Source: an uncultured Gammaproteobacteria bacterium
GTDB lineage: Bacteria > Patescibacteriota > Microgenomatia > UBA10105 > UBA927
Assembly (NCBI GenBank): GCA_964609895.1
Contig: CAZSTG010000005.1
Coordinates: 6,998-70,997, forward strand
Length of the DNA: 64,000 nt
Reading direction: 5' to 3'
Shown here piece after piece: positions 42,614 to 52,569 of this stretch; within the stretch, counting starts at the first letter, position 1, and every line of letters starts with the position of its first letter. The notes beneath the pieces were generated by a model, which was given only the letters and a program-made list of their open reading frames with translations, did no database searches and was not told the origin of the DNA. A program made the position numbers and the translations under genes.

Positions 42614-43517
42614 ATTGTTTTCCAAAACGATTACACATCCAATCCATTACTGCTTTTTTCCGTATCGCCGAAGCTGTAAACAGAAAACGTATTGCTTCCC
42701 GTACAAGCGCGCATTTTGTCCTGAGGGGTGCATATCGCATACCGAGAAGTAGTCTGTTCCGAGTAAAATAGTATTCATGAATCGGGTTTCCCGGCCTGCC
42801 GGAAGATCCTGCATTTACATGCCAGACTACGGATGTCGGTGTGTACACTATTTTCCATCCCGCCCGCTTCATGCGGAGATTCCAATCCAGATCTTCAAGG
42901 TACAGAAAAAAACGGTCATCAAGCATCCCGACACGCCTGACCACCTCCGACCGTACAACCAATGAGCATCCTGTAATAAAAGGTGTTTCTTCCGCCACAT
43001 CGTATTGTCCGTGATCCACTTCGTCCACCCCCCGATGAGATGCATACATATTCTTCCAATCAACAAGACCGCCCGCATACCAAAACACCCTGCCACGTTC
43101 AGCGTCCGTATACCTGTCATGATGATATTCATGATTCGGAGCAAAATATATTTTCGATCCGGTTGCACCGACAGTCGGGTCGTCAAATGCCGAAACGAAT
43201 GACAATACGTTCGTGTCAACTATCGTATCGTTGTTCAGAAGCCAGATAAGATCGACCTTCTCCCGTAATGCGTAGCTCATACCAATATTATTCCCGCCAG
43301 TAAATCCTGCATTTGTCTTGTTTTCGATAAGTGTTATATGGGGAAATTTCTTTTTGATGATGCGCACCGAATCATTTGTTGATCCATTATCAACAACAAC
43401 GGGAAGGAGCGTGTTCCCGCCCAGCGTTACTCTGGATAGTGATTCTACACACGCTACGGTGTCGTCTTTCCCGTTCCAATTTACGATGATAACCGCAATG
43501 GTATACTTCTTTTTCAT
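42591..43517 (-). CDS. GT2 glycosyltransferase (rhamnosyltransferase-like)
   Basis: IVNWNG, DNGS, N.GFTGGNN.G, LLNNDT, TGCS, FFLYLEDLD, YY.TRNR. Confidence 0.9.
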   Translation of the reverse strand: MKKKYTIAVIIVNWNGKDDTVACVESLSRVTLGGNTLLPVVVDNGSTNDSVRIIKKKFPHITLIENKTNAGFTGGNNIGMSYALREKVDLIWLLNNDTIVDTNVLSFVSAFDDPTVGATGSKIYFAPNHEYHHDRYTDAERGRVFWYAGGLVDWKNMYASHRGVDEVDHGQYDVAEETPFITGCSLVVRSEVVRRVGMLDDRFFLYLEDLDWNLRMKRAGWKIVYTPTSVVWHVNAGSSGRPGNPIHEYYFTRNRLLLGMRYAPLRTKCALVREAIRFLFTASAIRKKAVMDWMCNRFGKQYEPTKHV

Positions 43518-44428
43518 GTTCTCAGTGTCAGACTTTTTCTCCGTATCTTTTTGATAATGTTGGAAACGACATTCTTTGAATCCCGCATTGATGCAGTTAA
43601 TGTCCAATACGAAATTTCCTTTGCCCGTTCACGTAACTCGCCGGATACGGCATCAAGCTGAATATTGCGCTCTTCACATTTGTCCATTTCCCATTTTTTT
43701 GCAAAGGTACAAAAGGAATAGAATGCCTGAAAAAGCGCAAGCACCAACCCATGCAGTCCATCCTTAAATCCGCCCTCCGCAAAATAAATCTTAATAAAAT
43801 CAGAAATGGGAAACCGGAGCGCATCATACCAAGCAAGTTGATAGTTGCTTTCAGTTAAGGTTATTGCTTCACTTGTTGACGCTCTATCAATTTTTGCCAG
43901 ATACTGCGAAACGGACTCATAATTATAGTGAACGTACGGCTCCTCCAACTCAGCGGTTTTCCCCTCAACTTCTATATATTCGTGAATATGAACGCAGGGG
44001 AATTTCCCCTTGTTGTTCCTGAACAGCCGAAGTTGTTTGTCTGGCCACCATAATCCGTGCTGTATCCATTTTCCAAAGGAATAATTTTTTCTTTTGATCC
44101 AGAAGCCGTTTTCCTCAGGATTGGACGCAATAACTTTTTTTATTTCTCTTGCCAATTCCGTTGGTATGACCTCATCATCATCCAGATTCAATATCCAGTC
44201 CCCTGTCGCTTTGGAAAAACCAAAGTTCTTATTGGTATTGAGCATCAGTTGGTTTGGTTTGATAAATACGAGCTTGGTAAACTTTTTTGCAACTGCTGCC
44301 GTGTTGTCCGTTGACGTGTTGTCCACGACGACAATTTCATCTGCGATACCCTTCAGCGATGTTAAACACCGTTCAAGCGATACAGCCTTGTTATAAACGG
44401 AAATAACGACACTCAGTGTATGTTTCAT
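43514..44428 (-). CDS. GT2 glycosyltransferase (WaaE/KdtX-like subfamily)
   Basis: DNTSTD, NKN.GF, W.L.LDDDE, WPD..LRLF, HIHE, HYNY, GFKDG.HG. Confidence 0.9.
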   Translation of the reverse strand: MKHTLSVVISVYNKAVSLERCLTSLKGIADEIVVVDNTSTDNTAAVAKKFTKLVFIKPNQLMLNTNKNFGFSKATGDWILNLDDDEVIPTELAREIKKVIASNPEENGFWIKRKNYSFGKWIQHGLWWPDKQLRLFRNNKGKFPCVHIHEYIEVEGKTAELEEPYVHYNYESVSQYLAKIDRASTSEAITLTESNYQLAWYDALRFPISDFIKIYFAEGGFKDGLHGLVLALFQAFYSFCTFAKKWEMDKCEERNIQLDAVSGELRERAKEISYWTLTASMRDSKNVVSNIIKKIRRKSLTLRT

Positions 44429-44429
44429 A

Positions 44430-45875
44430 CTATTTCTCCTTTGCAACATGGACAACATCCATAATTCTTCTTTTTTCCGTCAGCCACAGAATTGCTGCAT
44501 ATAGCACAATACCTACAGCACCGATGATGATCAAACGCATCCATGTATACGGCGCAGAAGGCACCGTGACAAGATACCATCCCGATTGCACGAGGGCAGC
44601 AAAAAACGGCCATTTTACGCTGCTCATGAACGAAAAATCTGCGATCTTTTTTCCCAGCCAAACAACCAATCCCAGAGTGGAGGTCAGCAAGACCAAACTC
44701 ATTGACACCCCGTTAAACCCGAAGAAATGCACCATTGTTATTGTCAGAATCCACGTGCCTATAGTCCAAAACACCATCAAATAGAGTGTTGTCCTAATTT
44801 TGCCGACAGCGTTTAACGCATTGGTGAGTGGTGTGGAAAATCCTGCAAGAATCGATGCGACGACAAACAAAGCAAACGAAAATAGGGCAGGCTCCCATTT
44901 ACCGTATTTGGGAATCAGGGAAACGGCAGGTCCGATAAAGAACAGCAACGCCACGGAAATCGGAAACATGGTTGTAGCAAGTCCAAACAAAATTTTTTCT
45001 ATCGCGTGACCCAAATGAACTTTTGATTCCTGAAGCCGTGAGAACGCGGGGAACGTCACACGGATAACACTGTCCATAATAAGCCGTAATGGCACCTCAG
45101 CCCATTTTTTTGCCCAACCGATATACCCAACTTCTGTAAATGTTAAAATCTTACCCAGAAAAACAGTCATCAAATCGTCTTTCAGAAGCGACAAAAACGA
45201 ATTGAATTGAAACGGTACACCGAATTTGAGTAGTCGTTTTGCGACGGGCTTTGCGATACCGAAACGGATACGCCATGGAGAAACGATATACATGAGAACA
45301 AGGCCGATCAAAGCTCTTGTCAACACAGCATACGTGAAACTGGTTATGCCGAACCCCTTCCACGCCAACAACACAGCAACCGCATAAAATCCGACAGTCT
45401 CGGCAATCTGCGGAATAATCAGTGTATTAAAATTCAATTTTCTTTCCAAAAGAATGGAGGGAATGGTTTTCAGCGAAGAGAAGAAAAAAGAAACAATAAG
45501 TGCGCGGAGCAGCAGAATGCCTGCCGCATCCAGTCCATAAAATCCGGCAATATAGGGCGCGGCAATGAAAACAATGGTGCTGAGAGGCAGCACAAGCATC
45601 TGCTGAATGGTAAAGGTTGTAGACAGATCATCTTCAGACAGCTGTTCTTTTTTTTGAATCAACGCAGCCGCCAATCCCACGTCAGAGAAATACGAAAGAA
45701 ACGAAATGATTGCAGAAACCACATAATAGATACCGAATGTTGCGGGGTTCAGAAAAATCGTCAAAAGAAATGTCGAAGCAAATGCTATAATCTGCAGCAA
45801 AAACGTTCTTGAGGTCAACGCAAGAATCCCCGTCAAAGACTTTTTCTTGATGGTGGCAATATCAATTTCTTCCAT
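44430..45875 (-). CDS. wzx: Wzx-type oligosaccharide flippase
   Basis: L.P..FG, D.GL.AALIQ, LLERKLNF, LLKFG.PFQ, VGY, RVTFPAFSR. About 12-14 TM segments. Confidence 0.88.
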   Translation of the reverse strand: MEEIDIATIKKKSLTGILALTSRTFLLQIIAFASTFLLTIFLNPATFGIYYVVSAIISFLSYFSDVGLAAALIQKKEQLSEDDLSTTFTIQQMLVLPLSTIVFIAAPYIAGFYGLDAAGILLLRALIVSFFFSSLKTIPSILLERKLNFNTLIIPQIAETVGFYAVAVLLAWKGFGITSFTYAVLTRALIGLVLMYIVSPWRIRFGIAKPVAKRLLKFGVPFQFNSFLSLLKDDLMTVFLGKILTFTEVGYIGWAKKWAEVPLRLIMDSVIRVTFPAFSRLQESKVHLGHAIEKILFGLATTMFPISVALLFFIGPAVSLIPKYGKWEPALFSFALFVVASILAGFSTPLTNALNAVGKIRTTLYLMVFWTIGTWILTITMVHFFGFNGVSMSLVLLTSTLGLVVWLGKKIADFSFMSSVKWPFFAALVQSGWYLVTVPSAPYTWMRLIIIGAVGIVLYAAILWLTEKRRIMDVVHVAKEK

Positions 45876-46611
45876 ACCGTTTCGGTAGTTTTTTCCATGG
45901 TTTTGCGGTAAAAAGCCGCTGTAGCCCTTCCAGATCTCCCTGAGCTGTTTTGATAACACGAACCGTTGAGCCCGGATTATCTATCCACGTCACCGGTTCC
46001 TCATAGATACGATATCCCAATTTTTCCGCAAGAATGAGCAGTTCCGAATCAAAAAACCATGCGTTGTCAACGACGTGCGGAAGCAGCATTTTTGCGGCTT
46101 CATCAGTAATGGCTTTAAATCCGCATTGCGCATCACCAAATTTCACGAAAAACACCATTTTTATCAATAAAATATACATTTTTGACGTAAACGTGCGCAG
46201 CATGCTTCTCCCGTACACGCGGGACGCAAACGAATTCCTTGTACCGATGGCAATGTCATATCCCCGCATGAGAGACCGCACGAGCGGAGGCAAATGCTTT
46301 AAATCAGTCGACAAATCGACATCCATGTAACAATGAAGATCCGCATTTGTTTCCAGCCATGCCTTTTTTACCGCTCTTCCTCTTCCTTTTTCCTCAAGTC
46401 TGAGTACACGGACAGCTGCATATTTTTTTGCAAGCTTTTTGGATATTGCAGGAGTAGTATCGGTTGATGCGTTATCTGCAATGGTAATGGACCAACTCAC
46501 ATCAGAAAGATACGACGTCAGAAACGTGATAAGTGTTTCCGTATGCGCTTCTAGTTCGGCTTCCTCGTTATAGACAGGAATAACAATATCAAGTGTTGGC
46601 TTTTTTTCCAT
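45862..46611 (-). CDS. GT2 dolichyl/polyprenyl-phosphate glycosyl synthase-like (DPG synthase family)
   Basis: VIPVYNEE, DNASTD, KGRG.AV, YMDVDLST, DAQCGFKA, WFFD.ELL. Confidence 0.9.
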   Translation of the reverse strand: MEKKPTLDIVIPVYNEEAELEAHTETLITFLTSYLSDVSWSITIADNASTDTTPAISKKLAKKYAAVRVLRLEEKGRGRAVKKAWLETNADLHCYMDVDLSTDLKHLPPLVRSLMRGYDIAIGTRNSFASRVYGRSMLRTFTSKMYILLIKMVFFVKFGDAQCGFKAITDEAAKMLLPHVVDNAWFFDSELLILAEKLGYRIYEEPVTWIDNPGSTVRVIKTAQGDLEGLQRLFTAKPWKKLPKRYGRN

Positions 46612-48265
46612 AAATATATATCGCACCGATGGCAAGCAGTCCCACTATGCTCATCCAGTTTCCGAGCATCCGAACCGGCGTGTCACGAAAGCGCAATTCT
46701 ATTATACTCATTCCCTCCTGTATATTCACGGAAGTAAGACCGTATGTAATCTTGGGATATACTTGTTTCCCGTTGACCGTCATCTGCCAACCTGGAAACC
46801 ACGCCTTACGTATCGTAATCTTCTGTGCTGTATCGCTTTTGATTTCCGCAAGAAAAAAAGTACTTGATTCGATAAGCTTCGTCACGGAAAACGTACTTTC
46901 CCCAACAACGGTGACTTTAGCCACTTCGCCTACCGCGGTAGGTCGTACGATGTCGGATGGAAGATACTCATCGGAAATTTTTGACTTGTAAAACCGTAAT
47001 TCCTCAAAACTTTCAAACGCGCTGCTGTCACGCACGTATTGCGTCTGCGGAACAAACAGCTTGACGTTTACCAGCATGGTAGAAACGATGATACCACTCG
47101 CCAACAGTATTCTGACGAAAGGTATACGGAAAACGGAAACAACATATGCTGCGCCTACAGCAATCCCCATCATACCGAATGCCAATAACCTCCACGGATA
47201 CTGGATAAATGCTGTATACGGGATCATGCGCCAAAGAGGTGCCGACTGTGCAAGCATACCGGCTGAACACAACAACACAAACACGGTCGCCACCTTCATA
47301 TATGCATTTTTTTCCTGCACCTTTCTGTTCTTTCTCATATACAGCAGCAGAGAGACGGCGGCCGCAAAAAACACAACATGCAGTCTCCCAAATTTGAATG
47401 ACATACCGTCCACACAGCCTGAAGCTGAACCGGCAAATCCCCATGGCGAATTCCACAACTGCGAAATACAGACGAAATGGTCAAAAAATGTTGTACCTGC
47501 AGACTGTACCATTGCGGTTACCGACGTCGCATACATCTCAAGGAGCGCGGGAAGCCAAAAAAATCCGGAAAGCAAAAGTCCCAGAATAGCAACACCGACG
47601 GGAACCATAATATCCTTTTTTGTCAGTCTATGCCTTACCAGCTTCACTGCCCAGAATATACATATTCCCAAAAGCAGCATCGCACACGTCAAAAAACCAA
47701 AAATGGTGTGCGCGGTAATGACACCCGCAAGGGCAAGTCCCGCGCATGCCGTTTGTGCCACAAAATGTTTTTCCTTCAGTGCACGAATCAATCCCGACAG
47801 GACAAGCGGAACCAGAGCAATCGCCCAGTATTCCCCTACTGATCCGCGAACGTATATCTGTACGGCATGATAGGGAGCAAAAAGAAACACGATGGCACCT
47901 GCAAGCGCAGCTATTGTACCGAATGCAGGCAACAACAATGCATATAATGTTATAGGCGCAAGCACCGCACCGATGCCAAACATGATTTTTGTTGCAATAA
48001 CACTGTCTAGTCCGACTGCATACAGAAATCCGCCGACATAATACGGCAACGGTCCATAAAAATTAAACACCGGATATCCCAAACCGAATCCGAGATCAGA
48101 AACCATACGGACGGGAAATTGCCCGTCCCGAAGTGCACGTCCCATAACAACAACCCTGGCAACCTGTGTGTCATCATGCATGGGAAAATATCCGGCAGAA
48201 AACAACGGCTTGATGGAAAAAAATGACAATAGGATAATGCACAGCAACCCAAAATACTTTTTCAT
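46589..48265 (-). CDS. PTPS_related/YfhO-like GT-C membrane protein
   Basis: PMHDDTQVAR, GQFPVR..DLG.G.GYP.FNFY.P, YVRG..GE, QYPWR, WFPGW, C-terminal TM. Confidence 0.8.
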   Translation of the reverse strand: MKKYFGLLCIILLSFFSIKPLFSAGYFPMHDDTQVARVVVMGRALRDGQFPVRMVSDLGFGLGYPVFNFYGPLPYYVGGFLYAVGLDSVIATKIMFGIGAVLAPITLYALLLPAFGTIAALAGAIVFLFAPYHAVQIYVRGSVGEYWAIALVPLVLSGLIRALKEKHFVAQTACAGLALAGVITAHTIFGFLTCAMLLLGICIFWAVKLVRHRLTKKDIMVPVGVAILGLLLSGFFWLPALLEMYATSVTAMVQSAGTTFFDHFVCISQLWNSPWGFAGSASGCVDGMSFKFGRLHVVFFAAAVSLLLYMRKNRKVQEKNAYMKVATVFVLLCSAGMLAQSAPLWRMIPYTAFIQYPWRLLAFGMMGIAVGAAYVVSVFRIPFVRILLASGIIVSTMLVNVKLFVPQTQYVRDSSAFESFEELRFYKSKISDEYLPSDIVRPTAVGEVAKVTVVGESTFSVTKLIESSTFFLAEIKSDTAQKITIRKAWFPGWQMTVNGKQVYPKITYGLTSVNIQEGMSIIELRFRDTPVRMLGNWMSIVGLLAIGAIYIYGKKANT

Positions 48266-48266
48266 G

Positions 48267-49820
48267 TTATTTTTTTCTAGTTTTTTTGTGCGACGCTGTC
48301 GTTTTGGCAACCGCAAACCAGATACAGGAAACGACATATACTATACCGAATACCGCGCTTGCCACATCGGCAAGAAATCGTCCTGGTGTTTCGCGGAATT
48401 CCATATACAGATGATGCTTCCCTTCAGGAACCGCAATGCGCATAAACCCGTAAGGGTTATCTGACAGTATTTTTACCGGTGCGTCGTCAAGCATCGCTCC
48501 CCATCCCGGATAATACACAGTGTTTATCTGTAATTCACTCTTGGATTCCGCATCAATCACAACATCTATTCGCTGTGTGGTAATTATTTTTTCTTCTATC
48601 TTTCCGTTGCCCGTAAAGAATTCTACCTTTTTTGTAACGCGCGTCGACATTTGTTTTGCCGCCCAGCGCGGCATATACTCGTCATGCACGGTCGTAGTCG
48701 ATTCGTTCGTCGTAAAATATCCTTCAGGATGTATGACACTTTCCGCCTGTATGTATTGAGTACCCCACACTGCCACCAAAAACATAATCAGACAAACGGC
48801 ATATAAAATCGCCCCTTTTTTTGCCTTATGCAGCGCGGCTCCGATCATCCACGGGCCGACAATAACCATATAGGATAGCCACCGGAATGGAAATTGGATA
48901 ACCTTGACAAAATCCGCTATGCGCCAGAAAAAGGCGCTCGCCCGTGAAGCAAAATAAACACTGACTGCAAAAAACGCAAGAAAAAATACCGTTTCCCTTT
49001 TCTGCTGCATCGGCCGCTTGAATGCCATATATAATGCGGCGATAAAAAACGGAAAGCTTGCGAGCATCAGAGAATTGCTTATGGAAAAATAGGCGCCGGG
49101 ATTGGAAATAACCGTTGTGTCAAAATTGACAAACCGCCGTTCAAACAACGCAGGAAGCCAAAAAAATGAAGACATACCGATGCCAACAATGAACTGCGGC
49201 ATAAGACTCCACTGTTTTTTCAGCATGATGTACAACAGGATCAGAGGAATAAAAAATGCCGCAAGGGTGTTATGACTTATGGCCGTTACCGCAATCACTG
49301 GTGCAAGCAGCCATGTCTTTTTTGACTCCACGATATACATCGCACACGGCAAAAGCCCCAGCACAAGAACCTCCCCCACTGATCCCCTTTTGAACATATC
49401 AAACAGCAGATAGGGCATCAACAGATATGACAACGCGCCTGTTATGCTCGCAATTCCTGAAAATGAACGGCGTAGCCACAAAAACATTCCTATCACCCCG
49501 ATTGCCACTGATCCGACAAGGATTACCTCTACGGATGTCTGAAACGGTACTCCGGCTGCGTGCAGGATGCTTCCGATATACATAAAACCGGGATATAAAA
49601 AGTTCGCGACAGGATACCCATAACTCTGGTTCAACCTGCCTAAAAATCTGACTGGAAACTGACCTTCACGAAAACTTTGGTAAAATGCGGACAAACGGAT
49701 TACCATCCAATTCCCGTCGTCCGTCACCAGCATACCTTCACGAAAAACGGGAAATAACACGACAAAAGCTGCAACGAGCAAGGCACAAATACTGAGCAGC
49801 ACATATATTTTTTTATTCAT
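48267..49820 (-). CDS. PTPS_related/YfhO-like GT-C membrane protein
   Basis: TDDGNW..IR, GQFPVR...LN..YGYP..NFLYP, RGSVGE, SHN, QFPFRW, YYPGW. Confidence 0.8.
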   Translation of the reverse strand: MNKKIYVLLSICALLVAAFVVLFPVFREGMLVTDDGNWMVIRLSAFYQSFREGQFPVRFLGRLNQSYGYPVANFLYPGFMYIGSILHAAGVPFQTSVEVILVGSVAIGVIGMFLWLRRSFSGIASITGALSYLLMPYLLFDMFKRGSVGEVLVLGLLPCAMYIVESKKTWLLAPVIAVTAISHNTLAAFFIPLILLYIMLKKQWSLMPQFIVGIGMSSFFWLPALFERRFVNFDTTVISNPGAYFSISNSLMLASFPFFIAALYMAFKRPMQQKRETVFFLAFFAVSVYFASRASAFFWRIADFVKVIQFPFRWLSYMVIVGPWMIGAALHKAKKGAILYAVCLIMFLVAVWGTQYIQAESVIHPEGYFTTNESTTTVHDEYMPRWAAKQMSTRVTKKVEFFTGNGKIEEKIITTQRIDVVIDAESKSELQINTVYYPGWGAMLDDAPVKILSDNPYGFMRIAVPEGKHHLYMEFRETPGRFLADVASAVFGIVYVVSCIWFAVAKTTASHKKTRKK

Positions 49821-49833
49821 ACGAAGGAACACA

Positions 49834-51348
49834 TTACAGCTTCTTCGGAAGCTCTATTTTGTATAAAAAAGTATATACGTTTTTGCTATTCCCTTTTTGA
49901 TATTTCGAAACCAATGTCATCGGCCATCTGTACGCATTTGCATCCTGTTTTTGATACACAACATAATAGGTATCTTTTTCTTCGGCGGATCGCAGAATCT
50001 CGGATGGTATTATTTCCGGAGGCGGCCATATACCGTGTATTTCAATATTGGCATTCTTCCAAAGGTATATTTCGAGTGCAAACGGATATAAACCGAATGT
50101 TCCCTCCGTATACACCGCTATGGGTTTTCTTTGTGCCTGCGTTTCCAGTATGGCCACAATTTCGTTGGTTCCCCATCCCGACGGCCAGTCATCAATGTAT
50201 TGACCGATGTCGGATTTGGGAATCGGGGCGTGTTGAATATCCGTCACAATCTGTACGGACAATTTGATTGCGGAAAAACATACAAGTCCGACCAGTACCA
50301 TACTCAATAATTTCGGACGGATCTTCTGCAACAGAACATCAAACGTGTACGCGGCAAGGACAAGCAGCGGCATGGACATAAACAGCACATACCGCGGATA
50401 CAGGACTTTCCCGAACAGGGCAAGAGCAAAAAACGGGGCAAACCACCATCCTACCAGCACCAGTTTTTCCATGGGTTTTTTCCAGAACACCACCAGTGAT
50501 GCAAGCGCCGCAATAAAAACGGGCGGAGTCAGATATCTAATCATCCAGTCAAATTCCCCATGCAGATTTCCTCTCCAGAACCGGAACGGGTGTGTCATCC
50601 ATTCGCTGAAAGTATAGATAAATGTCGTATCTTTCTGCGCAATAATGTAAAAATACGGAGACAACCGCAAAATGCTGTAGATTGCCTGAGACAACACGAC
50701 GACAATGAGTGCCAGCCCTCCCCATGTAGCCAATCTTTTCATGACACGCTTCTCTTTATAGTTAAAAAGGAGCAGTGACAGAGGCAACAGATAGAGACTG
50801 AAGTTCGCCGATGTCTTATTGAGCATACCGACACCGATCGACAACCCTAAAATAAGTGCGACATCAAGCCGCAATCGGCGGGCAAGTAATACACTAATAT
50901 AGGAGTTCCAGATAAAAAACGCTGCAACCCACGCGTCATACAGTGCCATACGGTCATACATAACGGTAAACGGACAAATAAGATACAAAAAAGCCGCAAT
51001 GACGCCGATACGCTTGTTTTTAAATAACTCGAAACCCAGCGCATACATACCCCACATTCCTATAAAACCCGCAACAACTGACACCATCCTCCCTGCTTGA
51101 AGCGGATCCGCAATCAGCCGCATAGCAGCCATAACAAACCATGTGAATAAAGGCTGTTTACCATCCGTCAGGGAAATAAACCTCCAAGATGCGTCATTTC
51201 CCCCTATCTGACTCCAGCGAAGATAGATCGCTTCATCTGTGAATATGGGCAATGCGGTAAGATTGGTCAGCCTCGAAATGACGTAAAGAATGGATATGCC
51301 GATCAGCCACGTTATTGGGCTTTTGAGAAGCCGTTTGAGTAATCCCAT
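49834..51348 (-). CDS. ArnT/PMT-family GT-C glycosyltransferase
   Basis: R..NL..LPIFTDEAIY, DGKQPLF.W, R..SV, YDRMAL.D, K, YPRY. Start placed at the ATG 7 nt after a TATAAT box. Confidence 0.85.
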   Translation of the reverse strand: MGLLKRLLKSPITWLIGISILYVISRLTNLTALPIFTDEAIYLRWSQIGGNDASWRFISLTDGKQPLFTWFVMAAMRLIADPLQAGRMVSVVAGFIGMWGMYALGFELFKNKRIGVIAAFLYLICPFTVMYDRMALYDAWVAAFFIWNSYISVLLARRLRLDVALILGLSIGVGMLNKTSANFSLYLLPLSLLLFNYKEKRVMKRLATWGGLALIVVVLSQAIYSILRLSPYFYIIAQKDTTFIYTFSEWMTHPFRFWRGNLHGEFDWMIRYLTPPVFIAALASLVVFWKKPMEKLVLVGWWFAPFFALALFGKVLYPRYVLFMSMPLLVLAAYTFDVLLQKIRPKLLSMVLVGLVCFSAIKLSVQIVTDIQHAPIPKSDIGQYIDDWPSGWGTNEIVAILETQAQRKPIAVYTEGTFGLYPFALEIYLWKNANIEIHGIWPPPEIIPSEILRSAEEKDTYYVVYQKQDANAYRWPMTLVSKYQKGNSKNVYTFLYKIELPKKL

Positions 51349-51355
51349 ACTCTCC

Positions 51356-51361
51356 ATTATA
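51356..51361 (-). promoter_or_regulatory. Putative -10 box for a leaderless transcript
   Basis: Minus strand reads TATAAT-ggagagt-ATG (7-nt spacing). Confidence 0.5.
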
Positions 51362-51374
51362 ACGGAATAAACAG

Positions 51375-52562
51375 CTATCTTACAAATACCTCCCCTTGCT
51401 GCTTTTTCGCATGCATCCGCTTCTTTCTTCCTTCTCCTATGATTGCAATTAGGACACTCAACACAATCGGTACCCATGTCACCCAGAGTTTTATCAGCGG
51501 CACCGGTGCATTCCAATTGCCAAAATACAAAAACGGAGCATACTGAAGCAAAAATCCGAGAGATACACCTGCACTGACAATCAACACTGCAGTCAAATCA
51601 GGCACCAGCGCGACAAACGGAACAATCCACACCCAATACCATGATAGTGCTTCACGCTGCGTTAATACGGCCAAAAAACCGATGACCATACAACTGAGGG
51701 TTATGCGACGCTTCCAACCAGTAAAAAATGCCGGAATCAAAAAAATCGTCATCAACTTCATGGCGACGGATCCGGACAGAAGCAGCCATGACAACCATTT
51801 TCTGTTTTTCCTATAGAGAATAATGGCCCATATGGCCAGAGCCATCATAACGATATCATTGTGCGGACTCACCAGACATTCAATAATTATTAAGGGGTTA
51901 AACGCAAATACCGCAATGCCGAACACAGCTCTCTCGGCATCTTCATGCTCCAGAATTTTTCCAATTCCCATTGCCACAGCAATATACGCCAACGCTATGA
52001 GCAGTTTTAGATTCCAGATAAGTGGAAGAAAATATCCGAATCCGAAAAAAAACGGCACCAGGGTCACCATAATCCATAACGGTGTGTATGCACTTGCAAG
52101 ATGTGTCCAATGCATGAAGGAAAGCCATGAATCAAATCCCGCAAACTGAAGCGGAGTCACAAGATATGGATTTTTATGATAGATAAGCACGGTTTTGGCG
52201 GTAAACAGGTAATTAAAAAAATCATACGAAAATGCGGGATACGAAAACACCGTTGCCAAAACAAGCACGGCAATAATAGTCCATACTTCTCTGCCATGCA
52301 GTTTTTGGTTTTTCACCATCTTCAATACGAAGGCATACAATACAAACAACGAAAGTATGAGTCCGACGAACATGCCTGTTGACAGTGGACGATCAAAATA
52401 TCCGATATGTTGAAACCACGTCTGAATGGAACGCCATATACTGACATTCGTAAGCGTCAACGCCAGATCCACCTGTGTATATGAATACGCAAAAAGCAGT
52501 ACGCCAACAAGCGCATATGCGGCAACAAAAATCCAGCCAAGGGGCGAAATGTGTTTTTTCAT
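51375..52562 (-). CDS. MptA/MptB-like (GT87-related) GT-C mannosyltransferase
   Basis: SYDFFNY..TAK, NPY, YTPLW, NPL...E.LVS.HNDIVMM, SWY. Clear paralog of 18142-19263. Confidence 0.8.
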   Translation of the reverse strand: MKKHISPLGWIFVAAYALVGVLLFAYSYTQVDLALTLTNVSIWRSIQTWFQHIGYFDRPLSTGMFVGLILSLFVLYAFVLKMVKNQKLHGREVWTIIAVLVLATVFSYPAFSYDFFNYLFTAKTVLIYHKNPYLVTPLQFAGFDSWLSFMHWTHLASAYTPLWIMVTLVPFFFGFGYFLPLIWNLKLLIALAYIAVAMGIGKILEHEDAERAVFGIAVFAFNPLIIIECLVSPHNDIVMMALAIWAIILYRKNRKWLSWLLLSGSVAMKLMTIFLIPAFFTGWKRRITLSCMVIGFLAVLTQREALSWYWVWIVPFVALVPDLTAVLIVSAGVSLGFLLQYAPFLYFGNWNAPVPLIKLWVTWVPIVLSVLIAIIGEGRKKRMHAKKQQGEVFVR

Positions 52563-52569
52563 GAATATG

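Noticed and set aside
7543-46610. A/T homopolymer runs of 7-8 nt as phase-variation tracts
   Set aside because: They are short, frequent, in frame and expected from Lys/Phe codons. I saw no long poly-G/C tracts or frameshifted genes.
47061-47870. 269-aa plus-strand ORF and other long antisense ORFs (35828-36535, 55952-56536, 14725-15285, 61802-62275)
   Set aside because: They are shadow frames antisense to well-supported genes, with no recognisable motifs and a composition that mirrors hydrophobic codons on the opposite strand.
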